A DNA stretch of 63,915 nucleotides, taken from positions 1-63,915 of IMG/VR virus record IMGVR_UViG_3300024251_000007. One strand, written 5' to 3'. This DNA comes from a virus. Taxonomy: Duplodnaviria; Caudoviricetes. Below, one piece after another: positions 29,000 through 38,825 of this stretch. Under the pieces are notes generated by a model. That model was not told the DNA's origin. It saw only the letters and a program-made list of their open reading frames with translations, and did no database searches. The first letter of the stretch is position 1. Every line of letters begins with the position of its first letter. Both the position numbers and the translations under genes were made by a program.

Positions 29000-29716
29000 T
29001 TACCGAATGTCTACGCCTTGCGCTAGTAGCGTCAAGGTAGGCCCTGCCGCAGACGCCACTGGTTCTAAAAATGTCATCCATATAGCAGCCCACGGGCGGG
29101 ACGTTCCGAGGGTTGCATCCAAGCCCTGATTCAAACTACTGCTGTCTATCTCGAATCCCTCATCCACGGTAGTATCGCTGCCACCAGTCGTACCAGCCCG
29201 CTGTCCAGCCGATGTCGGAATAGTCCATGTAGGGGCGGTATCTCCTGATGGGCCGTTGACACCGATTGCCCCCAGCCAGAATACTTGACAGCCTGAGTTT
29301 GGCGATTGGTTGAAACTCCCTGATGTTACTGCTGTTCCGGTGGCATTATTGGATGTAGCGTTCCCTGTAAATGTTGGTGCCCCGTTCGGGCTTGTGAGAG
29401 TGGAAACGGCTACGGCGTGCGCTGCATCCGCCACAGGGAAGGTGATCGTTAATGTCCCTGTTCCTCCGGTAACATTCACGAAGTACCATACCTCAATGTC
29501 ACCACCCGTACCGAGCTTCGCCACTGCACCTGTAGCAGACTGCGAAGGCGATGTATTCCAAACAACAGAGGCGTTACTTCCTGCGTTCGTGTCGATTCTG
29601 GCAATCGAAACTACTATCGTGTCCCCAGTGCTGGCCGTCACTGTTCCCGTGGTTGTCCATGTGGTAACGCTGGTTTTATCCGACTCGGCAAGGCGGGCTG
29701 TGCGGGTGATGGACAT
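29000..29716 (-). CDS. Beta-rich appendage protein, paralog of the 25336 N-terminal domain
   Basis: Shared SITRTAR, PNSG, APTW(T/S)IPT(S/T)AGQ, EGFEID. Confidence 0.65.
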   Translation of the reverse strand: MSITRTARLAESDKTSVTTWTTTGTVTASTGDTIVVSIARIDTNAGSNASVVWNTSPSQSATGAVAKLGTGGDIEVWYFVNVTGGTGTLTITFPVADAAHAVAVSTLTSPNGAPTFTGNATSNNATGTAVTSGSFNQSPNSGCQVFWLGAIGVNGPSGDTAPTWTIPTSAGQRAGTTGGSDTTVDEGFEIDSSSLNQGLDATLGTSRPWAAIWMTFLEPVASAAGPTLTLLAQGVDIR

Positions 29717-29727
29717 TCCAGGTTAGA

Positions 29728-29937
29728 TCACCCTCCAAACACGTCATCCACCTTCGCTCCGTCGCCTACCGAGATCCCTAGCGTCGGCGGATTGTCGTTC
29801 CATTCTGGCGCAGTGGCCTCACCTGACCACAGCAGAATCTTCCCGCAAGCGCATTCCGTGCAAGCCGAATTAGACTCTGCGGGGATCTTGACACTGGCTC
29901 CGCCGCCGCAGGAGCAGTTTAAGTAGATTTCTTTCAT
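29728..29937 (-). CDS. Small Cys-rich protein
   Basis: CSCG...CACG. Confidence 0.55.
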   Translation of the reverse strand: MKEIYLNCSCGGGASVKIPAESNSACTECACGKILLWSGEATAPEWNDNPPTLGISVGDGAKVDDVFGG

Positions 29938-30602
29938 GCCTTAGCCTCTGTTCTCTTTCTGAGTAGTACCATTCCCGGAAGGATCTCCATAGAGTTGATC
30001 TGGGAACACTCCTGCCCTCTAGTCCTATCAAGCGTATTACAAACATCCACCAACTGCTTAACGAATCCGACCATGCCGGACTGGTGGCTGGGAAATTTCT
30101 TTCCGGAGAAGGTAAAATTGCCGCCGTTCTTGATCTCGGAACCATCCGGCCAATGCGCCCAGTAGCCAGTACCCCAGTCCTCTATCACGTACAAACCGCC
30201 CGGAATCACGACAGGGAAGAAGGCAAGGAACGTGTTCAGGCTGGCACGGCCTGTGTGCGCTCCGTCATCAATCACCACGTCGAACGGCCCAAGCTTGGCC
30301 GCTATCTTGGAAATCTCAGCTAGATCATACTGGTTGCCCTTTACAGTGGTGATCCTGCGCCCTAACTTCCGTACATTAGCCGAAGATCCGTCTACCCCAA
30401 ATATCTGGCCTTGCGGAAAGTAGTCGCGCCATAGTTTGAGACTGCCGCCCTTGGCAATGCCTATCTCCATCAGCCTGATTGGGAAGGGCTGCATCCCTGA
30501 TAGGTATTGCTCATAGACATCCAGATAGTGCGGAGGCTTTAGGGCCTTGTAGCCCTTAGCTATTTCCTGCAAAGTGATCGCTGCTGGAGCGAAAGCACTC
30601 AC
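29934..30602 (-). CDS. Sugar O-methyltransferase-like protein
   Basis: LMEIGIAKGGSL..WRDYFP, DVVIDDGAH, GGLYVIED; start GTG 30602. Confidence 0.85.
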   Translation of the reverse strand: MSAFAPAAITLQEIAKGYKALKPPHYLDVYEQYLSGMQPFPIRLMEIGIAKGGSLKLWRDYFPQGQIFGVDGSSANVRKLGRRITTVKGNQYDLAEISKIAAKLGPFDVVIDDGAHTGRASLNTFLAFFPVVIPGGLYVIEDWGTGYWAHWPDGSEIKNGGNFTFSGKKFPSHQSGMVGFVKQLVDVCNTLDRTRGQECSQINSMEILPGMVLLRKRTEAKA

Positions 30603-31438
30603 TTGATCTCCCGCACCTTCCCGTTCGGCTTGTACCGCATAGGGATCTCCAGCGGAAAGCGCCGCCCCTCTTGGTCGATATGATGAACGAAGATCCCAGT
30701 ATCGATCAGGAAGGGATATTTGACACCCTGGTATTGCGGCCATCCCGCCTTCTCGAAGAAGCGTTCCTTGATGACACGTTCGCACCATGCAAGGTCAGAA
30801 GTGCCGCCTGTGGACAAGTAAGCGCCACTAGCCTGATCCATCCATGACTTCGCAGGAGCGTTGAAAACGCGCCGCGTGGTGATGCTGCCGATCTGGTACT
30901 CAGGGCTTTCATCCCACATGGCCTTGATGATCGCGCCATGAATGAGCGTGAAGCCGAATGGCACGCCAGAGCACCAGACCTTATCTCCAATGCGCCAGTC
31001 TGCGAAGTGGCCGTTACCGATGCCGCGATAGACTAGCGGCTCCGGTGGCACGGACTTGGTGAAATAGACTCCGCCTACAATGGGCACCTTTCCTTCGATC
31101 ATGTACTCGTTGATCTTTATAAGCGCGTCATTCGGCGGGATATTGTCGTGTTCCCAGAACAGAAGCCATTCGGCGTTCTGGTCGATCACGGATTTGGCTA
31201 TCAGGTTCTCAGCGTCAGCCACCTGATACTTCAGAGGCACGTAGGGAGACATAAACTGGATGATGTCCATGTGGCTCCAGTTGGTAGGGATCGTCTGCCC
31301 ATAGCGCGACATGACCCACTCTATGCGGACGCTTCCAGTGACGGGGTGTCCGATCACAATGCGGTTCATCCAATTACCCATGTTCTCTACAAGTGTGCCG
31401 CCCGTGTGGGTGATCTTTTCTTTGGGCTTACTTCGCAT
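30599..31438 (-). CDS. GT-A fold glycosyltransferase
   Basis: WLLFWEHDNIPP, IVGGVYF, FGFTLI, TSDLAWC, IDTGIFVHH. Confidence 0.75.
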   Translation of the reverse strand: MRSKPKEKITHTGGTLVENMGNWMNRIVIGHPVTGSVRIEWVMSRYGQTIPTNWSHMDIIQFMSPYVPLKYQVADAENLIAKSVIDQNAEWLLFWEHDNIPPNDALIKINEYMIEGKVPIVGGVYFTKSVPPEPLVYRGIGNGHFADWRIGDKVWCSGVPFGFTLIHGAIIKAMWDESPEYQIGSITTRRVFNAPAKSWMDQASGAYLSTGGTSDLAWCERVIKERFFEKAGWPQYQGVKYPFLIDTGIFVHHIDQEGRRFPLEIPMRYKPNGKVREIK

Positions 31439-31607
31439 CTTTTGGTTCTTCCTTGTAGCAGTTCCCGCAGATTGCCCAATCCCAACCCCAAAATGGACCG
31501 CTAGGCTGGAGTCGCCCTTCGGGATCAACCTTCATGTATTCTCTCTGATAACTCACCTTACCTGTCCCTTTGCAAACTGGACAACTTTTGTTTGGCGTAT
31601 TTTCCAT
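31428..31607 (-). CDS. Small zinc-finger-like protein
   Basis: CPVCKGTG...CGNC. Confidence 0.45.
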   Translation of the reverse strand: MENTPNKSCPVCKGTGKVSYQREYMKVDPEGRLQPSGPFWGWDWAICGNCYKEEPKDAK

Positions 31608-31644
31608 CGATTGCGTTACCCTTGATTTCATTGTAGAATTAGAC

Positions 31645-32268
31645 ATGAAAAAACTCTCCATTCCACCCGGAACACGATTTGGAAATTACACAGTAGTATC
31701 TGATGCACCTACGCAAAAAATGCGAACGATGATTGTTTGCGTATGTGACTGCGGCACCGAAAAAACCGTTGGCCTTCGCCATCTTATGACTGGGCGGATC
31801 ATTTCCTGTGGGTGTTACGCTGCCGGGGTAAACAGCAAAAGAATGCGAACCCACGGCCTTAGTAAAACCAACGAGTACCGCATTTGGAAGAACATAAAGA
31901 ACCGTTGCGAAAACCCCAAAACAAGACTTTTTAAGTGGTATGGAGAACGCGGCATAGGCATCTGCGAACGATGGCAGAAATTTGAGAACTTCTATGCCGA
32001 TATGGGGATTCGCCCCAGTCTTAACCATAGCGTAGAGCGCATTGATAATGAGATGGGGTATTCTCCAGAGAACTGTAAATGGGCTACTCGCCTTGAGCAA
32101 GCAGCCAACAAAAGGAATAGCCGCTGGATCACGTTTAACGGAGAGCGCCTTATCCTGGCAGAATGGGCGCGAAGGCTTGGAATACATGAAAGCGTTCTCT
32201 CGTATAGGCTTGGAGCCATGAGCATTGAGCGTGCGCTGACTATGAAAGTTCGTCATTTGGTCAAGTAA
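31645..32268 (+). CDS. HNH-type homing endonuclease inserted antisense to the late operon
   Basis: CVCDCG..SCGC, YGERGI, VERIDNEMGYSPENCKWAT..Q..N. Confidence 0.85.
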   Translation: MKKLSIPPGTRFGNYTVVSDAPTQKMRTMIVCVCDCGTEKTVGLRHLMTGRIISCGCYAAGVNSKRMRTHGLSKTNEYRIWKNIKNRCENPKTRLFKWYGERGIGICERWQKFENFYADMGIRPSLNHSVERIDNEMGYSPENCKWATRLEQAANKRNSRWITFNGERLILAEWARRLGIHESVLSYRLGAMSIERALTMKVRHLVK

Positions 32269-32777
32269 CTAGGATCTAGGCGACGTTTTTCTAAAACGAC
32301 TTCCATGAAGCCTTGTAAATCCCATGAACAAGAAACTATGCGCCAAGGGGCAGGGCGGTAAAAACGGTAAAATCCGCTAGGATCTAGCGGATCGAAGTAG
32401 CACCAAGTATGCTCACTGCACGGGTTGACGTGGGTGGGATCTTGCCAGTAGCCTGGACTGCCAGCATAGGGCAGTGCCATCATCAGCTTGCCCTCAACCT
32501 CCATCACCCGCCAAATCTCATTCATCCAGTTGATGAAGCCGAACTTGGCAGGGTTGATGTGTTCGGCTATATGTGAGGCGATGGCGAGGGAAACGCAGCC
32601 GTCAGGAAGCGGCCACGGGTAGGTTTCGATGTCATGCTGAATGATGCGGGAATCATCGAAGTTCTGGATGTCGATACCCACAAACCCAGGCTGCGGGTGT
32701 CTGCCGCAGCCAATGTCCAACTTGATCGGGTGCCCGTTGAGAAGCGGATGCTTAGGAACGCGCTTGCGTTTTTTCAT
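32253..32777 (-). CDS. SAM-dependent methyltransferase (Methyltransf_11-like)
   Basis: LDIGCG, SHIAEH, EIWRVM, DPTH. Confidence 0.9.
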   Translation of the reverse strand: MKKRKRVPKHPLLNGHPIKLDIGCGRHPQPGFVGIDIQNFDDSRIIQHDIETYPWPLPDGCVSLAIASHIAEHINPAKFGFINWMNEIWRVMEVEGKLMMALPYAGSPGYWQDPTHVNPCSEHTWCYFDPLDPSGFYRFYRPAPWRIVSCSWDLQGFMEVVLEKRRLDPSYLTK

Positions 32778-32840
32778 CCCCTAAAGTATAGCTTCAATGA
32801 AGCGTAACCTCAACGTTAAAATTTGATACTGCTCAAGCTG

Positions 32841-33353
32841 TCAACTGAAACGTAGTTGATATGACCCGTTAACGGCCTGATTGCTCTGAAGCTGACTGGT
32901 AGCGTAGGTATTCCCCGCATAGCATGACCCAGCGTTCGTGGTCGATGTCTGGAACAGGCCTACGTTCTGGATGGTCTTGGTAGTGGTGTAGACGCCCGAA
33001 GCCAGCGTAAAGGCGAACTGGACGGTCTTAGATGCAATCGTGGTAGGCGTGACGGCGCAGCGTGCTCCGGCAACGTCCGTGATCTCGCCGTTAAGCGATG
33101 TATCGGTAGCGCCGGGGGCGGTTCCGGTGCCCAGCGCGGCGTAGGTGATCTGTGAGGAACCAGCAACACCGCCAAGGCAGGAAGTGATGCCGAACTGAAA
33201 CCCTACGTTGGTGATAGTGTTTCGGACCCAGCCGGAATCCCCAACGATGATTGATTTGCCATTGCGATCTTCCACAATGTTGAGCCGATAAAAGCCCCTG
33301 ACGGTCACTTTGTCCCGTACCGGAGCCGATCTTTTCCTGATTGTCTTAACCAT
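32841..33353 (-). CDS. Collar/fibre-type structural protein
   Basis: NTITNVG..ALGTGTAP..DTSLNGE..NVGLF pattern of phage fibre proteins. Confidence 0.6.
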   Translation of the reverse strand: MVKTIRKRSAPVRDKVTVRGFYRLNIVEDRNGKSIIVGDSGWVRNTITNVGFQFGITSCLGGVAGSSQITYAALGTGTAPGATDTSLNGEITDVAGARCAVTPTTIASKTVQFAFTLASGVYTTTKTIQNVGLFQTSTTNAGSCYAGNTYATSQLQSNQAVNGSYQLRFS

Positions 33354-33802
33354 TACGATCTCCTTTTGAATAAATCCTTGAACATCGACCACCATGTACG
33401 TTCTGAGAGAATTACTATGACGCTTTCCAGGTCTGCGATGCGCTTGTCGTAAGTCGCTGCTTGCTGCTTCATCTGTTGCGTCGTCCAACCGAGCATTCCA
33501 CTGAATCTTTGCTCCATTTGGCGCTGAATCTCCACATCCGCCTCCATCCGCGCTATCCGTTCCGTCTGCAAATCCCGCGCTAGCTGATCCTGCTTTTCAG
33601 CGATGAGGAATATAAAGTCGGAGACGCGGCCCACTTCAACGATCAGCGCGTCTACACGGCGATGCAGGGCCTTATCGTGCCAGCGTCGTTCGTCAATCTC
33701 CACCTGATGCGAACTGCGGGTATCCGGGTTGTGGATAAGCTCCTGGATAGGCCCTATCGAGGGTGAGTGGTCAGAAACGTACATATATTGGGATGGCTGC
33801 AT
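33353..33802 (-). CDS. Coiled-coil hypothetical protein
   Basis: Heptad-rich; coupled to flanking genes. Confidence 0.55.
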   Translation of the reverse strand: MQPSQYMYVSDHSPSIGPIQELIHNPDTRSSHQVEIDERRWHDKALHRRVDALIVEVGRVSDFIFLIAEKQDQLARDLQTERIARMEADVEIQRQMEQRFSGMLGWTTQQMKQQAATYDKRIADLESVIVILSERTWWSMFKDLFKRRS

Positions 33803-33803
33803 T

Positions 33804-35045
33804 TTAGGCGTACCCCGGCCAAGCATGGCTTTGCATCCAGGAGCCATCGAAGAACGGCCCTGCATAGGGCAAGTTCTGGTAGGTGATGTCCTGAGAACCC
33901 GTGTTATCGTCGTACTTCTCCAATTCCTGTATGAGCATCGCGGCCTTATTCGCGTGCCGATCCGCTAACGCGAGGTTGTAGTAAGGGTTTGGAGTAGTCG
34001 CGGTTCCGGGGAACTGGGCGCACTTTTCAAGCGCCATTTCAATGAGTACGTCGCCTCGCTGTGCCACAAACGGAGGCAACTGGGGCTGAGAGTCAGTGAG
34101 TTCAGGAAGAAGTTTGATGTACAAGTATGGGAGCACATAAAAGGCGTTTATGGGGCGCGGCCATAGCTCATAGCGCGGAACTGACGGGACCGCCTCCGTG
34201 GTGGCATTGATGATGAAGATGTCTCCAGCGACATAAGTTCCGGCAGGGAAGTAGACCTGGACGCCGTTGCTTAGGTCAATAGGCGAGGAGTCCGGGACAG
34301 GGACCCCTGTCGTGTAGGCCCCGCTATCTTGCTTCCACTCGAAGATGACTGACCCGACAGCGCCCCCTGTTGTGATTTGGATGACGTAGGTCGAAGCAGT
34401 TGGGAACGAGTACCCTTGAGACGTGGTCGATACGGGCGACGGACCAGAGCCTCCAACCTGGAGGACGGCCCCGATTTCCCCTTGGTAGTTGGCGGTGTAA
34501 TCGTAGAAGGCTGATCCATAAACAACTCCTGAGCAAACGCGCTGCGGGTCCATGAGGTCAAGATCGGCCTGCGTTAACTGGGTCCAAATCTTGTATGAAT
34601 TGGTTGGGTTCGTCAGGGACTCGAAAGACTGGAAATCCGCTGGAACCGGAAAGTAGCACTGGAAAATCTGGTATTGGTCAGTGACCGTCGCCCCAGCCCA
34701 CGGATTATCCAGCAGGATTGAGGTGGGCGACATAACCGCTAGGATCGTATAGGTTGGGAATGCCGATGGAATCGCGCCGCCACGAAACTGAGCACCTACC
34801 CAACTGACATCCCAAGTGGTCCCGTTGCCGGTGATATAGGGCGAATTGAAAGTAGCGGTGGCCGTCCCGGTGTTGTAGAAAATGTGCGGGTAAAACGACG
34901 AAGTGCCGCGCCGCCAGGACCAAGTTCGGCGTTCGGCTAGTTGCTGGAAGGCGTCCCTAACGAAGTCTTGGGACGTGGCGGGACCGATTGCTGGGGCGCG
35001 TAGCAGCAATCGGTTCCAGAGAGTAGTAAAAGTGTCAATAGGCAC
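33804..35045 (-). CDS. Head-tail adaptor-like protein
   Basis: N-terminal helices then RRTWSW; ELWPRP; follows capsid genes. Confidence 0.55.
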   Translation of the reverse strand: MPIDTFTTLWNRLLLRAPAIGPATSQDFVRDAFQQLAERRTWSWRRGTSSFYPHIFYNTGTATATFNSPYITGNGTTWDVSWVGAQFRGGAIPSAFPTYTILAVMSPTSILLDNPWAGATVTDQYQIFQCYFPVPADFQSFESLTNPTNSYKIWTQLTQADLDLMDPQRVCSGVVYGSAFYDYTANYQGEIGAVLQVGGSGPSPVSTTSQGYSFPTASTYVIQITTGGAVGSVIFEWKQDSGAYTTGVPVPDSSPIDLSNGVQVYFPAGTYVAGDIFIINATTEAVPSVPRYELWPRPINAFYVLPYLYIKLLPELTDSQPQLPPFVAQRGDVLIEMALEKCAQFPGTATTPNPYYNLALADRHANKAAMLIQELEKYDDNTGSQDITYQNLPYAGPFFDGSWMQSHAWPGYA

Positions 35046-35062
35046 ACGCCCGCTTCCTTAGA

Positions 35063-35317
35063 TCAGGTTCCGATCACTTCGAGGTCGCCTGTCCAGACTC
35101 CCCCGGTAGTGAAAGTGAGGGTGACTGGAGTTGTTCCCCCGCCAGATTTAGCGATGACGCTGGGTGCATTGGTAGTCTGTGACGCTACCGCAAAAAGCAC
35201 CGATTCCAGCCCCGTATTGAGTGTGTCTCCAGAAGTGGCGAGCGTCACATTGAAGTAAATCGCTCGCCTGCTCCCGATGACGTTTTGATACCGCGAATTG
35301 ACGGTGACTGCTGCCAT
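35063..35317 (-). CDS. Small virion protein
   Basis: AAGGAG RBS; downstream of capsid genes. Confidence 0.55.
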   Translation of the reverse strand: MAAVTVNSRYQNVIGSRRAIYFNVTLATSGDTLNTGLESVLFAVASQTTNAPSVIAKSGGGTTPVTLTFTTGGVWTGDLEVIGT

Positions 35318-35326
35318 GTTTGCTCC

Positions 35327-35899
35327 TTAGGGCAACTGCGGAATATCCACGTTGACCGTGGCCACTCCCGCAGCATCGGCTGTCGTCGCATGGCCGATCT
35401 GCATGAGGGTAGTGGTAGCCGTGACCACGCTTGCGGTATTGGCGGCAGTATTCGCCATAACAGCGCCGATGGCCGTAGTACCAGCCTTGACTGTGATCCC
35501 GTTTCCTTTAATCAACATGGCAATGACGTTTCCGCCAGTTCCAATGGTTGTAGGCGTGACACGCAGAACGCCCGCAACTGCCATACCCGGAGAAGTTGGA
35601 GAAATAGACTGCCGGTAGTCGTTGGTAACGATCCGGTTAGCGTAACTTTTCCAGAACAGCAGCATGTTAGCAGCGGGAGCGCCTACGGTATTGGCCGAAG
35701 TAGCGCCGGAGTCCAGGATGGCAACGGTATACGCCTTGTCCTGATACTCGAAGGTAACGCCGATGTCGCCGGGAGCATACCACTGGTTCGGGGCTTGCGT
35801 GGTAGCTCCAGCGGGGCTTGCGGTAAGCGGCTGGTTGAGCGTATCGGGGCTGCTGAAGCCCCCCAAGTACATTGAAGTTCCGCGATTTGCATTAGGCAT
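35327..35899 (-). CDS. Putative capsid decoration protein
   Basis: Ala/Thr-rich, directly after the capsid gene, AAGGAG RBS. Confidence 0.55.
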   Translation of the reverse strand: MPNANRGTSMYLGGFSSPDTLNQPLTASPAGATTQAPNQWYAPGDIGVTFEYQDKAYTVAILDSGATSANTVGAPAANMLLFWKSYANRIVTNDYRQSISPTSPGMAVAGVLRVTPTTIGTGGNVIAMLIKGNGITVKAGTTAIGAVMANTAANTASVVTATTTLMQIGHATTADAAGVATVNVDIPQLP

Positions 35900-35925
35900 G
35901 TGATTATCTCCTTAGATCCTTTCCT

Positions 35926-37047
35926 TTAGGCCGAGAACCCGTAGAGTTGCCGATGGTAACGCGGCTGGAGCGTCAACTGATGCGCCAGAAGCACTTGACC
36001 CACAACCACGGTGCTCGCAGCCTCCGGGATGAAGTCGCGGAACCCGCCGCCGAAGGTCGGATCATTCGACACATAGTAGTTCAGGAACGGCTTGCGGGCG
36101 TTCAAGATCCACAGAGATTCGCCGCTGTTTCCAAGCGAACCAACTGGGTAAACAGTGACGGAGGGATTGCCGCCACCAGGGGATGACATTTCAGAAAGCG
36201 TTGTGGTCGCCACTGGATCGGCAGTACCAGCGCCTGTTGGACCTGTCAGGTAAGAGCCAGGGCAGTAGCGGGAAGCCACTACCGTTGCGCCGTTGAAGGC
36301 CAAGCCACGGAAGCCTACGCCAACTTCGAGTTTGGTGTCCTGGAAGCGCTGCTGGGTCTGGAATTTGCTCTTGAGGTAAGAGAACCCGATAGGCGTGGTG
36401 ACGATCAAGTTGGGTTCGTACTGACCGGAACCGTAGAAAGCGTTCATGTACTGCTGATCCACGGTGTCATATTGCAGAGCGCCCGAAACCGCCGTTGGAG
36501 TTGAGTTCAGCGATGGGCTGTAGGTGGCGCGAGTCAACCCACCATAGGTAGTGTAGGTATTACCATCCCACGATGCGACTGAGCCATCATTCAGCGCTTC
36601 TGCGAGTCCATTGACGTTGGATGTGTACCCGGCATTGATTCCGTTCAGGTACGTCAGGATGGAGACAAACGCTCCAGCCGACATATAGCCTTCGTCAACA
36701 CGCGCTTTGAGCAGTTTCACCGCCGCCAAGCCGCCTTTGTTGAATACCTGGAAATCTTCCTGGTAGAGCGGGACGGAGACTTGCAGCAGTTTCACGTCGA
36801 AGCGAAGCTGTTGCTCGGTCTGCCGCTGCGCGATGTTGAACTTCTTTCCCTTCTGGTAGGGTCCACCAATCAGTGATTGGTAGATGAAATCTTCATTGAT
36901 CGAAGAACCGCCGTCGAAACTTTCCTTGAGGTTCTGGCGCAGGAAGTAGTTGAGCGGATCTTGATTGAAAATGGCGTCTACGAGGGCGGGAGTTGTGCGG
37001 ATATACCGCCGCGTAGTTACATTTATTTGATCGAGATTATCGGGCAT
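35926..37047 (-). CDS. Major capsid protein
   Basis: 373 aa after the scaffold gene; PNLIVTT, QQRF, GFRGLAFNG. Confidence 0.8.
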   Translation of the reverse strand: MPDNLDQINVTTRRYIRTTPALVDAIFNQDPLNYFLRQNLKESFDGGSSINEDFIYQSLIGGPYQKGKKFNIAQRQTEQQLRFDVKLLQVSVPLYQEDFQVFNKGGLAAVKLLKARVDEGYMSAGAFVSILTYLNGINAGYTSNVNGLAEALNDGSVASWDGNTYTTYGGLTRATYSPSLNSTPTAVSGALQYDTVDQQYMNAFYGSGQYEPNLIVTTPIGFSYLKSKFQTQQRFQDTKLEVGVGFRGLAFNGATVVASRYCPGSYLTGPTGAGTADPVATTTLSEMSSPGGGNPSVTVYPVGSLGNSGESLWILNARKPFLNYYVSNDPTFGGGFRDFIPEAASTVVVGQVLLAHQLTLQPRYHRQLYGFSA

Positions 37048-37103
37048 GCACTTACGTGCTCCTTTAATTCAATGCCCGACACTTCGACCAACGAAATGCG
37101 GGG

Positions 37104-37880
37104 TTAGTGGGTTCCGTTACCGGGAGCGGAGTTCCACGTATTCAGTAATTCCATGTCCAGATCCTTCGGGATACTATCCGCTGGAGTAGGACGAAACATT
37201 TGCGATTGTTCTACTGGCACGGGATTCGTCGGCAGGTTGTTCTGGGAGCGTAGATCGCGTTCTATTTGGGCGCGAGTTTCCTTTTCCCAGTTCTTCCGTG
37301 CTTCTTCTTCCGATGCCTTCTTACGTGGTTCGATGAACTTTTCGTACACGTCAACGATAGGCACGGAACCGGGAGGCAACCCGCGATCCGCAGCCATCTT
37401 GACGGCCAACTGGTCGAGCGCTTCTGTATCGAGTTCTTCTTTGTAGTTCACGGCATGGCGCGAAGCCAGCCGCGAAACGTCCTTGACCACCGATCCCAAC
37501 CGCTGACCGATCGATTGGACGCCCTTTTCCCAATCCGCCTTGGTCATGTACTGCGTCGGATCGAAGTTCGGGGCTACGCCTGTCGCTTGCGCCTGCTGAA
37601 GCTCGCCAAGCACCTTCTGGTATTCGGTCTGCAACTGCTTGTAGCTGGCGTCGGCCTTGGGATACCAGTCCTTTTCGAGATAATCGTTGCGTTGCGTTAA
37701 GGTTTGGACTCTACCCACCTGCGCGTTGTAGTCCTCGGTTGCGGTCTTGAGGATTCCATTGAGTTTGGTGCCGAGTTTGTCATTGCTGGCAATTTTATCG
37801 AGGGCGGCAACGACAGCATCATCGCTCATCCCGGCCTCTTGCATTGCGGCAACTACGAAGTCTTTGAAATTGTTAGCCAT
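37104..37880 (-). CDS. Capsid scaffolding protein
   Basis: Helical and charged; between portal and capsid genes. Confidence 0.65.
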   Translation of the reverse strand: MANNFKDFVVAAMQEAGMSDDAVVAALDKIASNDKLGTKLNGILKTATEDYNAQVGRVQTLTQRNDYLEKDWYPKADASYKQLQTEYQKVLGELQQAQATGVAPNFDPTQYMTKADWEKGVQSIGQRLGSVVKDVSRLASRHAVNYKEELDTEALDQLAVKMAADRGLPPGSVPIVDVYEKFIEPRKKASEEEARKNWEKETRAQIERDLRSQNNLPTNPVPVEQSQMFRPTPADSIPKDLDMELLNTWNSAPGNGTH

Positions 37881-37881
37881 A

Positions 37882-38238
37882 TCATCCTTGTGGTAATTGC
37901 GGCGGAGGTAGTGAACTGCTTCCGGTGATCGCAGGCGGATTCGATGCGTCGGTAGGCGCAACCATTCCACCTGGACCAGCGGGGGCACTTCCAGCCCCGG
38001 CGCTCATCGCGGACGGTACTGCAACGCGGAGTTTACTGATGGCCTCCGCCGCCACGGGTGCCAGCGAAGGCATTGCCTGCGCGAGCGATTGATAACCCGT
38101 TTCAATCTGACGAATCGCGTCCATGACTGGGCTGATGCCGGATAACCCGGACGCTGGGTTTCCTTGCCCTGAACTCTTTACCGTTGTGGAAGTCTGATCC
38201 GGCAACGGCGGCAACGATGGTTGTGATCCAGTTGCCAA
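37882..38238 (-). CDS. Pro/Ala-rich head-module protein
   Basis: 118 aa in the operon. Confidence 0.55.
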   Translation of the reverse strand: MATGSQPSLPPLPDQTSTTVKSSGQGNPASGLSGISPVMDAIRQIETGYQSLAQAMPSLAPVAAEAISKLRVAVPSAMSAGAGSAPAGPGGMVAPTDASNPPAITGSSSLPPPQLPQG

Positions 38239-38430
38239 CTATAGTTTCCCCTTGGGCGACTTCAGTTTCCCGGAGTCGTTCGACCCACCGGGGCGCGTGA
38301 ACTTATTTGTCTTGGTCATGGAGCCTTCATCGGCCATCCACTTGACCCGATGCGTCATACCGCCAACGTTTTCATCGACGGACTGCGCTAACTTGCCGTT
38401 CATCCCACCTTCGCGTTGCCCCGATGCCAT
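38239..38430 (-). CDS. Small basic protein
   Basis: 63 aa, Lys/Gly-rich. Confidence 0.55.
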   Translation of the reverse strand: MASGQREGGMNGKLAQSVDENVGGMTHRVKWMADEGSMTKTNKFTRPGGSNDSGKLKSPKGKL

Positions 38431-38564
38431 TACTTCTTCCCCTTCATGTGTTCCAGCTTCCCGCCCTTTTTCTTACCGAAGTGATGCATCTTCCCGGACA
38501 TCTTGGACTTGCCGGAGTGCTCCATGCGTTCTTCCTTCATTTCGGCTTTCATGGAATCTTTCAT
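38430..38564 (-). CDS. Small Lys/Met/His-rich protein
   Basis: MKDSMKAEMKEERMEHSGKSKMSGKMHHFGKKKGGKLEHMKGKK; AGGAG RBS; not in ORF track. Confidence 0.6.
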   Translation of the reverse strand: MKDSMKAEMKEERMEHSGKSKMSGKMHHFGKKKGGKLEHMKGKK

Positions 38565-38571
38565 GGTTCTC

Positions 38572-38751
38572 CTAGTGGTGCATCTTGGAAAGAGTTTCGG
38601 CTAGGCGTGCCCGACGCCCAAGTTTCCCGCCAGCAGAGGCGGCTTTAGTGAGTTTGGATTTTGGGATTTTTGTGCCTTCAGGAACGCCGAGTTCCTTATG
38701 CAGAGCGCCAGGATGTTTGATCGCCCCCGCGATCCAATGTTTCTCAGCCAT
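38572..38751 (-). CDS. Small basic phage protein
   Basis: MAEKHWIAGAIKHPGALHKELGVPEGTKIP..GRRARLAETL; not in ORF track. Confidence 0.7.
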   Translation of the reverse strand: MAEKHWIAGAIKHPGALHKELGVPEGTKIPKSKLTKAASAGGKLGRRARLAETLSKMHH

Positions 38752-38825
38752 GTATGGTTAGGAAAATAACATGGTTAAGGCCAAAATGCAAATGGAGTTA
38801 AGTGTTTCATTGTAACTATGGTTAA

